The position numbers and the translations under genes were made by a program. From the IMG/VR virus record IMGVR_UViG_3300028024_000077, positions 72,341 to 103,480 of that record: DNA of 31,140 nt, one strand, 5' to 3'. The stretch comes from a virus. Below, in pieces: positions 1-7,531 of the stretch. The notes under the pieces were generated by a model that was not told where the DNA came from, did not search any database, and was given only the letters and a program-made list of their open reading frames with translations. Within the stretch, counting starts at the first letter, position 1. Every line of letters starts with the position of its first letter.

Positions 1-1
1 C

Positions 2-415
2 ATGAATGCCCTGCTGACTTCTAAGGCGGATACCTTGAAGCGGGCTGAGAACGCCATCATCAAGCTGGTCTGCCTGTATCGTGGTGTCCCGGCGCCCGAA
101 CTGGATTTGATCGCCTATCCGGCCACATTCGACGTTCGCGGCATCTATGACGAATTTGAGATCGCCACCCAGCTCGATCTGATCGCCGCGCCCGACGAAG
201 TGCGCCGCGAACAGATGAAGGCGGTGATTGCCAAGCTATTTCCAGCACTTTCCCAGGATCTGAAAAAGACCTTTGAACAGGCTTTGAAGTCCTGGCCCCC
301 GGCGGCCCCGGAGCCCGCACTGCTTAGCGCTAGTGGTGTGGGAAAGCCAAAGCTGCCACCGAGCGGTCAAGCGAATGACCAAACCAAACCTGGCCAAGCG
401 ACAGGCCAAAACTAG
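2..415 (+). CDS. Portal protein, C-terminal part (5' truncated by window edge)
   Basis: Open from the window start; helical protein with a Pro/Gln-rich disordered tail; directly upstream of scaffold and capsid, the usual portal position. Confidence 0.6.
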   Translation: MNALLTSKADTLKRAENAIIKLVCLYRGVPAPELDLIAYPATFDVRGIYDEFEIATQLDLIAAPDEVRREQMKAVIAKLFPALSQDLKKTFEQALKSWPPAAPEPALLSASGVGKPKLPPSGQANDQTKPGQATGQN

Positions 416-425
416 GAAGTGAAAC

Positions 426-1196
426 ATGGACGAAGACGAAAAGCTCAAGCAGGAGCAATTGGAAGCGGAGAAGAAGGCCGCTGAAGAGGCTGCAGCCAAG
501 GAAGCCGAAGGCAAGGAGTCCAAGAAGGACGAGAAGCCAGGCGTTAGCGACGCCGAAGCCAAGCTCATGCGCGAGGTGATGCAGAAGAAGGACAAGATCA
601 AGGAACTCGAAACCAAGATCAAGAACTTCGACGGCATCAATCCCGAGGAAGTTCGGGCGTTGTTGGCCGAGAAGAAGAAGCAGGAAGAGGAAGCCCTTGA
701 GAAGAAGGGTGAGTACGATCGCCTGCGTCAACGGATGGCTGATGAGCATCAGGCCGAGCTGAAGGCCGTCAAGAATCAGTTCGCGGAGATCGCGGATCTG
801 AACAAGTCCCTGAAGGCCAATATCGAGGAGCTGACCGTTGGTCAGGCGTTCGCGAATTCCAATTTCATCTCCCAGGAAACCATTCTGACGCCGGGCAAGG
901 CCCGGATCATCTATGGTAGTCACTTCGATGTCGAGGACGGCCAGGTCGTTGCGTATGACAAGCCGCGCGGTGCGAGCGAACGCACTAAGCTGGTTGACGC
1001 ACGCGGCGCGTCGTTGTCGTTCGAAGAATCCTTGAAGCGCATCGTGGACACCGACCCCGACAAGGATCGCATGATCCGTTCGAAGGCGAAGTCCGGCGCG
1101 GAGAGCAAGACCGAGACTGTGAAGGTGAAGGAGAAGGAGCCTGATCTTCGCGGTCGCAGTCGTATCGCGGCAGCCTTGGGCGCTGCCAAAAAGTAG
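426..1196 (+). CDS. Capsid scaffolding protein
   Basis: 256 aa, E/K-rich coiled-coil N-half, RBS-like AGGAAG upstream, immediately before the major capsid gene. Confidence 0.75.
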   Translation: MDEDEKLKQEQLEAEKKAAEEAAAKEAEGKESKKDEKPGVSDAEAKLMREVMQKKDKIKELETKIKNFDGINPEEVRALLAEKKKQEEEALEKKGEYDRLRQRMADEHQAELKAVKNQFAEIADLNKSLKANIEELTVGQAFANSNFISQETILTPGKARIIYGSHFDVEDGQVVAYDKPRGASERTKLVDARGASLSFEESLKRIVDTDPDKDRMIRSKAKSGAESKTETVKVKEKEPDLRGRSRIAAALGAAKK

Positions 1197-1225
1197 TAGG
1201 GCCATCTGAAATCGGCGTGTTATAA

Positions 1226-1243
1226 TAAGTAAATAATGACTTA
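1226..1243. promoter_or_regulatory. Palindromic operator-like motif copy 1 (TAAGTAA ATAA TGACTTA) overlapping TATAAT at 1221-1226
   Basis: Matches repeated consensus TAAGTMA-N4-TKACTTA; intergenic, upstream of capsid. Confidence 0.75.
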
Positions 1244-1289
1244 CTAATTCGAGCTGTCCGACAGCTTCGTGACCTCGTGTCCTGAAAAG

Positions 1290-1307
1290 TAAGTAACCGC
1301 TGATTTT
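1290..1307. promoter_or_regulatory. Operator-like motif copy 2, degenerate (TAAGTAA CCGC TGATTTT)
   Basis: Left arm exact, right arm partial; capsid leader region. Confidence 0.55.
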
Positions 1308-1343
1308 GTGGTTGTTTCAATCCAGAGGAAATGGAGAAATACA

Positions 1344-2246
1344 ATGCCTCTTTTGAGGGAAGAAGCTGAGAAGCTGTCGCGAGAGAGCCTCGAAGCGGGC
1401 GTGATCGAGGAGATCATCGATCGCGAAGACCTGTTCGCCATCCTGCCGTTCATGCCGGTTGTCGGCAAGGCTTACGTCTACGACCGCGAAAACACGCTGT
1501 CGGAAGCGGATTTCCTGGACGTGAATGACACTGTGAACGAAGGCGCCGCCACGTTCGCGGAAGTTGTGTCCAAACTCCGCATCCTGATCGGTGATGTGGA
1601 CGTGGACAAGTTCCTTCAGTCCACCCAGAGCGACACCAATGACCAGAAGGCGACCCAGATCGCCCTCAAGGCCAAGGGTCTCGCCCGCAAGTTCCGCCGC
1701 ACCCTGGCGATCGGCGACGCCACCGCCAATGCGAAGGAATTCGACGGCATCAGCAAGCTGGTCACCGCCGGCCAGACCTTCAACGCTGGCGCCAACGGCG
1801 GCGCTCTGACGCTCGGCATGCTGGATCAGCTCCTGGACACCGTTCCGAATGGCGCTGACTTCATCATGATGCGTCCGGGCACGATCCGCGCTCACAAGGC
1901 TCTGCTGCGCGCCACCGGCGGCACGGACGCTGCAATGGTGCAGTTGCCGAACTTCGGTCGCCCGGTGCTGACACACTCCGGCGTTCCGATCATCATGAAT
2001 GAGTTCATGCCGGGCGCCGAAACTGTCGGTACTGGCACGAACCTCTGCTCGGTCTACGCTGGCCGTCTGAACGAGCTGGATGGTCTCCATGGCATCTACG
2101 GCGGCCCGAACGCCGGTGTGCAGGTCGAGGATATCGGCACTGTGCAGAACAAGGATGCGACCCGCACCCGTCTGAAGTGGTATGTCGGCCTCGCGCTGAA
2201 GTCCACCAAGTCGCTGGCGCGTCTGGCCGGCGTGTCCAACGTCTAA
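1344..2246 (+). CDS. Major capsid protein (HK97 fold, SSU5-like family)
   Basis: Start moved to ATG 1344 (MPLLREEAEKLS) after GGAGA RBS; motifs LFAILPF, GDVDVDKF, EFDGI, GTVQNKDATRTRLKWY recalled from SSU5/pHCM2-type capsids; followed by a terminator. Confidence 0.9.
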   Translation: MPLLREEAEKLSRESLEAGVIEEIIDREDLFAILPFMPVVGKAYVYDRENTLSEADFLDVNDTVNEGAATFAEVVSKLRILIGDVDVDKFLQSTQSDTNDQKATQIALKAKGLARKFRRTLAIGDATANAKEFDGISKLVTAGQTFNAGANGGALTLGMLDQLLDTVPNGADFIMMRPGTIRAHKALLRATGGTDAAMVQLPNFGRPVLTHSGVPIIMNEFMPGAETVGTGTNLCSVYAGRLNELDGLHGIYGGPNAGVQVEDIGTVQNKDATRTRLKWYVGLALKSTKSLARLAGVSNV

Positions 2247-2255
2247 GCCAGAACA

Positions 2256-2273
2256 TAAGTCAGTAGTGACTTA
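2256..2273. promoter_or_regulatory. Operator-like motif copy 3 (TAAGTCA GTAG TGACTTA), perfect 7-bp arms
   Basis: Perfect inverted arms between the capsid stop and the terminator hairpin. Confidence 0.8.
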
Positions 2274-2278
2274 GGGAG

Positions 2279-2306
2279 TGGGCGAGAGGCAACTCTCGCC
2301 CATTTT
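2279..2306 (+). terminator. Rho-independent terminator after major capsid
   Basis: TGGGCGAGAG-GCAA-CTCTCGCCCA hairpin followed by TTTT. Confidence 0.75.
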
Positions 2307-2318
2307 CATAGGAGCATC

Positions 2319-2573
2319 ATGAAAATCACCGTCTATTCATCTGACACCTGTCCCTGGTGCGACCGCGCCAAAGAGCTGCTCAAGAGCCAGGATATCGTCT
2401 TCGACGAAATCAACGTGAAGGCATCACCCGAGCACTTCGAACAGTTCCAGCGCGAGACCAAGAGCGCCAAGACCGTTCCGCAGATCGTCATCAACGGCGA
2501 GAACCTCGGCGGCTACGACGCGCTCTACGCCTTGCACAAGGCGGGACAGCTCAGTCAATTCATCGGGAAGTGA
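2319..2573 (+). CDS. grxC: Glutaredoxin (GrxC/NrdH-like, dithiol)
   Basis: CPWC active site, TVPQI and GGYD motifs, 84 aa, AGGAG RBS. Confidence 0.9.
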   Translation: MKITVYSSDTCPWCDRAKELLKSQDIVFDEINVKASPEHFEQFQRETKSAKTVPQIVINGENLGGYDALYALHKAGQLSQFIGK

Positions 2574-2579
2574 GGAAAA

Positions 2580-3191
2580 ATGAAGGTTCGCATCACCGAG
2601 CCGGGCTGGGAGACATTCACCGGCCAATTTGCTGAAGTGGAATTTGCCGATGGCGTTTCGACCGTCGAGCTGTCTGGTTTCCAGATCGCGCGCCTCGGCG
2701 CCTCGGTCCGCCTGGAAAGCCTGGATGGCTTGCAGCAGAGCCCATCCGCCGACCTCGTGCGCCATGCCGAAATGAACGCCGACGACGCGGCCGGCTTTGA
2801 CGCCGTCAACCTCGAAGTCGCGCCGGGCAAGGAGCTGAAGAAGATCTACACCCGCGCCGAGCTGGAAGAGGTCGCGGACAAGGAGGGCATCGCCGGCCTG
2901 CGTCTGATCGGCGACACCCACGGCATCAAGTCGCGCAAGATCGTTGAGCTGATGGAGCTGATCCTGAAGGCCCAGAGCGGCGACGAGAAGCCGGCCGAAG
3001 AGCCCAAGGTCGAAGCTCCGGTCGAGGAGACCAAGGCGAAAGAGCCCGTCGAGGAGGTCAAGTCGGACGAAACGGCCAAGGAAGGCGAGGCGGAGCCAGA
3101 AGCGGACACGCCGGCCCCGGAAGGCGAGCAGTCGCAGCCCGAGGGTGAAAGCCAGGCCGAACAGACCGACACCGGCAGCCAGGAAGGCTAA
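2580..3191 (+). CDS. Phage head-region hypothetical protein with acidic disordered C-tail
   Basis: GAGGAA RBS; small helical motif (YTRAELEEVADKEGIAGLR...IVELMELIL) then an E/P/A-rich tail. Confidence 0.65.
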   Translation: MKVRITEPGWETFTGQFAEVEFADGVSTVELSGFQIARLGASVRLESLDGLQQSPSADLVRHAEMNADDAAGFDAVNLEVAPGKELKKIYTRAELEEVADKEGIAGLRLIGDTHGIKSRKIVELMELILKAQSGDEKPAEEPKVEAPVEETKAKEPVEEVKSDETAKEGEAEPEADTPAPEGEQSQPEGESQAEQTDTGSQEG

Positions 3192-3193
3192 CC

Positions 3194-3988
3194 ATGCTGA
3201 CAACCTATCGTCACGCGCAGGAAGTTACGGTCCAGATCCCCTGTGTGGATCTGGCCGGCGATCCCATCGCGCCAATCTCAGCGTCTTACCGCCTGCTGGA
3301 TAAGATGTTGCAGGAAATCGCCCCAGCGACCGCTTTGCCGGACGTGACGGCGGGCACGGAAGTCCTGAGCGTGACGATAGGTGCAGCGGCTAATACGCTC
3401 ACAAGCGGCCGCCTACGCGATGTTCGCGTGGTCGAAGTCTCGATCCAGACCGAGGGCGGCACGGTGGTCGCCACGGCCCGCTATGCGATCGAGGCCGACA
3501 ATACCTTCTCGATCATGGTCAACACGTTCCAGACCTTCGAAGAGGCGGAACTGAATGCCATGGAGATGAGCGGCCTGGTCTCCTGGGACGGCAAAGCAGA
3601 GCCCCAGAAGCGCGCGGCGCTGGCCGACGCCTTCATCAACCTCTGCAAGCTGAAATTCCATGTGCCCGGCATGTGGGCCCAGAACCGCATCCACGATTAC
3701 TGGATCAACCGGATCGGCCATCTGCAATATTACTCAGCCGCCGAGTTTCAGGCTCTCGATCCGCTGTTCGTGAACGCGGTCAAGAAAGCCCAGGTCGCGG
3801 AAGCCGACGTGCTGCTCAATGGCGACCCCAATGGCAAGCTGCGCCGGGAAGGCGTCATTTCCTATACGATCGGCGAAAGCAGCCAATTCTTCCGGCCGGC
3901 CAAGCCGCTGGATCTCCCGATTTCGCCCCAGGCGGTCAAGTATCTGCAAGGCTACCTGAACTGGTCGAAGACGCTGGTGAGGGGATAG
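3194..3988 (+). CDS. Putative head-tail connector/adaptor protein
   Basis: Position after capsid; C-terminal VKKAQVAEA...GVISYTIGESS pattern typical of head-tail adaptors. Confidence 0.6.
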   Translation: MLTTYRHAQEVTVQIPCVDLAGDPIAPISASYRLLDKMLQEIAPATALPDVTAGTEVLSVTIGAAANTLTSGRLRDVRVVEVSIQTEGGTVVATARYAIEADNTFSIMVNTFQTFEEAELNAMEMSGLVSWDGKAEPQKRAALADAFINLCKLKFHVPGMWAQNRIHDYWINRIGHLQYYSAAEFQALDPLFVNAVKKAQVAEADVLLNGDPNGKLRREGVISYTIGESSQFFRPAKPLDLPISPQAVKYLQGYLNWSKTLVRG

Positions 3989-4746
3989 TGGTCTCGAACA
4001 GGATGACCGAGGTCGCCCAGAAGGCGAGCGACCGCTATCTGATGGTGATCCAGGCCCTCCGGGGCGTCTACCACAGTGCAATCAGCGGCTCGAACCCATT
4101 CAAGGAGTTGGTGCGCCGCCGCCTACTCGACGAAGCGCACAACATCGGCCGGTCGTTTCTCGAAACAGAAGCGCAGCAAGTCAATTACGAGCTATCGCAG
4201 ATCGCGCTTGTAGCCGTCAGGGACGCGCGCACAGCCGTCGGGGCAGGGGTAGGGGCTCAAGAGCTAGACAAGCGCGTCAGCGATCATCTGAGTGAGATCG
4301 CGCAGCAGCTCCAACTGGACATCACCCATCAGCTCCAGCGGGACATCGACACGGTCCAACGCAAATTCCGCTCGATGATGCTCCAGGCCAACCTCAAGGC
4401 GACGGCGACCGGCGGGAAGCGACAGTCTCACCTGGTCAACTTGCTCGCTCATGACCAAGGCGATCTCAAATTCACGTTCACAGACCGCCTTAACCGCCGC
4501 TGGCCCAGCCAGAAGTTCATTCGCACGATCTGGCGTGCGGCAATGGTGCAGGTCTACAACGAGACCATCATGATCGTCGGGTCAGAGTTTGGCGTCGATC
4601 GCTTCAAGGTCACCGGCGAAGACCCGGCCCACAAGTTCTATGGCGAGATCCTGACGCTCGACAGCGGCGCGAACAGCTACGCCGGCATGAAGGACGAGAT
4701 CTTCCATCCCAACACCAACCTGCGGCTGTCAATAGTAAGTAAGTAA
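3988..4746 (+). CDS. Putative minor capsid / head morphogenesis protein
   Basis: Start moved to GTG 3988 overlapping upstream TAG (alternative ATG 4003); FTDRLNRRW and FHPN motifs resemble phage minor capsid proteins. Confidence 0.55.
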   Translation: MVSNRMTEVAQKASDRYLMVIQALRGVYHSAISGSNPFKELVRRRLLDEAHNIGRSFLETEAQQVNYELSQIALVAVRDARTAVGAGVGAQELDKRVSDHLSEIAQQLQLDITHQLQRDIDTVQRKFRSMMLQANLKATATGGKRQSHLVNLLAHDQGDLKFTFTDRLNRRWPSQKFIRTIWRAAMVQVYNETIMIVGSEFGVDRFKVTGEDPAHKFYGEILTLDSGANSYAGMKDEIFHPNTNLRLSIVSK

Positions 4747-4753
4747 TGACTTC
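4736..4753. promoter_or_regulatory. Operator-like motif copy 4 (TAAGTAA GTAA TGACTTC) with downstream TATAAT at 4774-4779
   Basis: Contains the upstream stop codon; TTCATT-17bp-TATAAT follows, with ATG 4787 only 7 nt after the -10 box. Confidence 0.7.
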
Positions 4754-4786
4754 ATTTACCGCAGCCAAAGCGGTATAATTGTCGGT

Positions 4787-5134
4787 ATGGCACTTTTCGC
4801 ACCGACCGCATGCACGTTGAAGACGATGGACGGCGAGACTGATGAATTCGGTCAGCCTTCCTTTAGCACAGCACGCCCGGTCCAGTGCGCCGTCGTGAAG
4901 TTCCAGCTTGGGCGCGAGAAGACCTCCGTGCGCGCCGATAGCTCGGGATCACGCGGCAATGCCGAGGAAATTGTCGCTGACGCCCGCCTGCTGTTCCCGC
5001 CGGATACCCAGATCACCATCGGCGACCTGGTTAATCTGTTTGCGACCGACCTGCGGGTGCTGAATTTGATGCCGCGCCTGTCCGTCGCCGGTCAGCTCGA
5101 TCACTATCAGGTGGATCTCGAACGATGGGCTTGA
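4787..5134 (+). CDS. Putative head closure / head-tail joining protein
   Basis: 115 aa, beta-rich, DEFGQP N-terminal motif, neck-module position. Confidence 0.6.
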   Translation: MALFAPTACTLKTMDGETDEFGQPSFSTARPVQCAVVKFQLGREKTSVRADSSGSRGNAEEIVADARLLFPPDTQITIGDLVNLFATDLRVLNLMPRLSVAGQLDHYQVDLERWA

Positions 5135-5547
5135 AAATCATCGGCCTAGATGCGGTCGCGGCAATGATCAAGAACGACGCTGACAAAGCGACACAGGCCG
5201 CCCGGCGCCGTATGCGCGTCGAGGCGCAGCGGATCATGGAGTTGTCGCAGAAGAATGCACCTGTCGATGAGGGAAATCTTGAAGCTGCCCACCACATTGT
5301 CACCGAACGCGATGACCGTTTCCGCAAAACTGAGACGGTTGAAGTGGGCGGCACTGTTCATGGCGTGGATGTGGATCGGTACGCCCTCGTTATGCACGAG
5401 GCGGAATATCACCTCGGTCCAAAGTCTCTGGCAAAGCAGGCCGGTAGCGGTCGGATGGTCGGCCGCAAATACCTAGAGCGGGCTTTCAAGGAGCGCGAGC
5501 CGTTTCTCAATCCGGCGATCAAGGAAGAGGTGGATAAGTCGTTATGA
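5125..5547 (+). CDS. HK97 gp10-like tail-completion protein
   Basis: APVDEGNL, YALVMHE and KYLERA motifs. Confidence 0.7.
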   Translation: MGLKIIGLDAVAAMIKNDADKATQAARRRMRVEAQRIMELSQKNAPVDEGNLEAAHHIVTERDDRFRKTETVEVGGTVHGVDVDRYALVMHEAEYHLGPKSLAKQAGSGRMVGRKYLERAFKEREPFLNPAIKEEVDKSL

Positions 5548-5957
5548 CCCAGCCTCTTCCGAATGCGGATTTCTTGCCGACCCTCCGGGATTGGCTGGAG
5601 ACGCAGTTGAACGCCAATAAGATCGCGCTCAAGGCCACGGTCTACTTTATGTCCGAGGCCGAGAATGAGGGCGTCACCTTGCTGGCCGATCTTAGCGGTG
5701 TCCTGGTGGATCATGAACTGCCTGGATACGAGAAAGGCCAGTTTCAGGTCATCGTGCGAGCCAAAGACTTCAGGCAAGGCGGTGTCCTGGCAAAGCGGGT
5801 CATGGCGCTATTGACGTTTCAGAACGTCGATATTGCCCCCACGGTCAAGGTCAACTTCGTCCGCCCGCGTCACCAACCGCTGCCCTTCCAGAAATCGAAG
5901 GGCGGCTTCCATGAGTTCTCAATCAACTTCAATTACTGCGCGGTAATTGCACTCTAA
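5544..5957 (+). CDS. Putative tail terminator protein
   Basis: FQVIVRAKD...EFSINF pattern; directly upstream of tail tube; ATGA overlap. Confidence 0.6.
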   Translation: MTQPLPNADFLPTLRDWLETQLNANKIALKATVYFMSEAENEGVTLLADLSGVLVDHELPGYEKGQFQVIVRAKDFRQGGVLAKRVMALLTFQNVDIAPTVKVNFVRPRHQPLPFQKSKGGFHEFSINFNYCAVIAL

Positions 5958-5971
5958 GAGGAAGCAGAGAA

Positions 5972-6817
5972 ATGAGTGATACCAAGAACGTGAAACTTGG
6001 CGTGTGCCAGGTCACTTTCGGTGGCGTTGACCTTGGCTACACCAAGGGCGGCGTGAGCGTCGAAGTGGCGACCGAGACTCACAAGGTCATGGTCGATCAG
6101 TTCGGCAACTCCGAAATCAACGAATACATCATGGGCCGCACCGTCAAGGTGACTTGCCCGCTGGCCGAGACCACGCTCGATAACCTGGTCGCGATCATGC
6201 CGGGCGCTACCCTCGTGGGCGGCGGCGTGAAGGCGTCCGGTTTCGTGTCCTTCACCGGCGCCCCGGCCGATGGCGACACGATCACCGTCAATGGCGCAAT
6301 CTTCACCTTCAAGAACGCGCCCAGCACCTTCTACCATATCGCTGTCGCGGGCTCGGCGGCCCAGGCGATCATCAACGCCTATGCCGTCATCGCCCAGAGC
6401 ATCGATCCGGCCCTCGCCAGCTTGTCCTTCAGCTACGATGCCACCAAGCTGTATGTCAGTGCCAAGTCGGCCGGCACGGCTGGCAACGCCGTCACCCTGG
6501 CGAAGTCGGGCACGGCCATGGCCGTCTCCGGCGCGACCCTCACGGGCGGCACGGGCAGCACTGTGGCTCGTGTTGATGTGGAGCATGGCATCGGCGTGAG
6601 TCTGCTGTCGATCGCCAAGCAGCTCGTTCTGCATCCGATCGCCAACTCGGCCAACGACAAGTCGGACGACTTGATCGTCCCGCTGGCGGCAACCGCCGGC
6701 GCGATCAACTTCGCCTACAAGCTCGACGCAGAGCGGATCTTCAACGTGGCCTTCTCGGGCTACCCCGATCCGGTCACTAAGATCTTGTTCAAGGTTGGCG
6801 ACCTTGCGGCTGTCTGA
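5972..6817 (+). CDS. Major tail tube protein with inserted beta-rich domain
   Basis: LGYTKGGV motif of siphovirus tube proteins; GAGGAAG RBS; followed by terminator and chaperones. Confidence 0.8.
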   Translation: MSDTKNVKLGVCQVTFGGVDLGYTKGGVSVEVATETHKVMVDQFGNSEINEYIMGRTVKVTCPLAETTLDNLVAIMPGATLVGGGVKASGFVSFTGAPADGDTITVNGAIFTFKNAPSTFYHIAVAGSAAQAIINAYAVIAQSIDPALASLSFSYDATKLYVSAKSAGTAGNAVTLAKSGTAMAVSGATLTGGTGSTVARVDVEHGIGVSLLSIAKQLVLHPIANSANDKSDDLIVPLAATAGAINFAYKLDAERIFNVAFSGYPDPVTKILFKVGDLAAV

Positions 6818-6822
6818 TAAAA

Positions 6823-6840
6823 TAAGTAATCACTGACTTA
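6823..6840. promoter_or_regulatory. Operator-like motif copy 5 (TAAGTAA TCAC TGACTTA)
   Basis: Identical to the copy at 20053; abuts a GC-rich hairpin. Confidence 0.8.
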
Positions 6841-6863
6841 GCCCCGTCCTCGGACGGGGCTAA
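6838..6863 (+). terminator. Hairpin / probable terminator or attenuator after tail tube
   Basis: TTAGCCCCGTCC-TC-GGACGGGGCTAA perfect inverted repeat; weak U tract. Confidence 0.6.
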
Positions 6864-6890
6864 CCTTCCAACCGGAGACTAGACAAGAAC

Positions 6891-7229
6891 ATGACCCAGT
6901 TTCTTAACCTGGACGATTTCGAGACCAAAGTGGAGAAGGTGCTCAAGCTCAAGGGCAAAGAGCACAAGATGGCGGCGCTGTCCGTTGGCGCTTTCATCGA
7001 GCAGATGAAAACCGCAAAGGCGCTCGAAAAGTCCGGCGAGGCGAATATCGCTGACTTCATCGATCACATGATTACCATGGTTGATAACGTCTTCCCGACC
7101 ATCGGCCGCGATGAGCTGGAGAAGCTCTCGCTCGATCAGCTTAACGCCATTCTCGATTTCGCCAAAACCAGCCAGACCGATGGTGCGGAGGCGACCCCGT
7201 CAAAAAAGCCGGTGAAAGCCAAGAAATAA
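6891..7229 (+). CDS. Tail assembly chaperone (lambda gpG-like)
   Basis: 112 aa between tube and tape measure; in-frame slippery heptamer A AAA AAG at 7202-7208. Confidence 0.8.
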   Translation: MTQFLNLDDFETKVEKVLKLKGKEHKMAALSVGAFIEQMKTAKALEKSGEANIADFIDHMITMVDNVFPTIGRDELEKLSLDQLNAILDFAKTSQTDGAEATPSKKPVKAKK

Positions 7230-7531
7230 AGGCCATCGACCTTGGCTTCCTGTTCTGCCGCGTCATGCGGCACTACGGGATGGGCTACCAGGAAGTGATG
7301 GAACTCCCACTCCAAGCTTTCTGGATGCTCAACCGGAATATTGTTCGCCTGATGGCTGAAGAAGACCAGCGCGCAGTCACCACCGGCTTCGTCGCTCAGG
7401 TTAATGACTACGAGCATGTCAAGCGCTTCCAGGAAACGCTGGCTCTCGAAATAGGCCAAGTAACCGTCGTCGAAGACGGCCTCGATCGTGAGGGTCTCGA
7501 CGCTCTAAAGGCAACAATGAGACCGCTATGA
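7202..7531 (+). CDS. Tail assembly chaperone gpT-like segment, made as gpGT fusion by -1 frameshift
   Basis: The -1 frame is open from the slippery site (KKAGESQEIKAIDLGFLFCRVMRHYG...) to TGA 7531, which overlaps the tape measure start. Confidence 0.8.
   Translation, partial: KKAGESQEIKAIDLGFLFCRVMRHYGMGYQEVMELPLQAFWMLNRNIVRLMAEEDQRAVTTGFVAQVNDYEHVKRFQETLALEIGQVTVVEDGLDREGLDALKATMRPL

Noticed and set aside
5535-5552. Additional operator copy TAAGTCGTTATGACC
   Set aside because: Arm spacing is off by one and the right arm is poor
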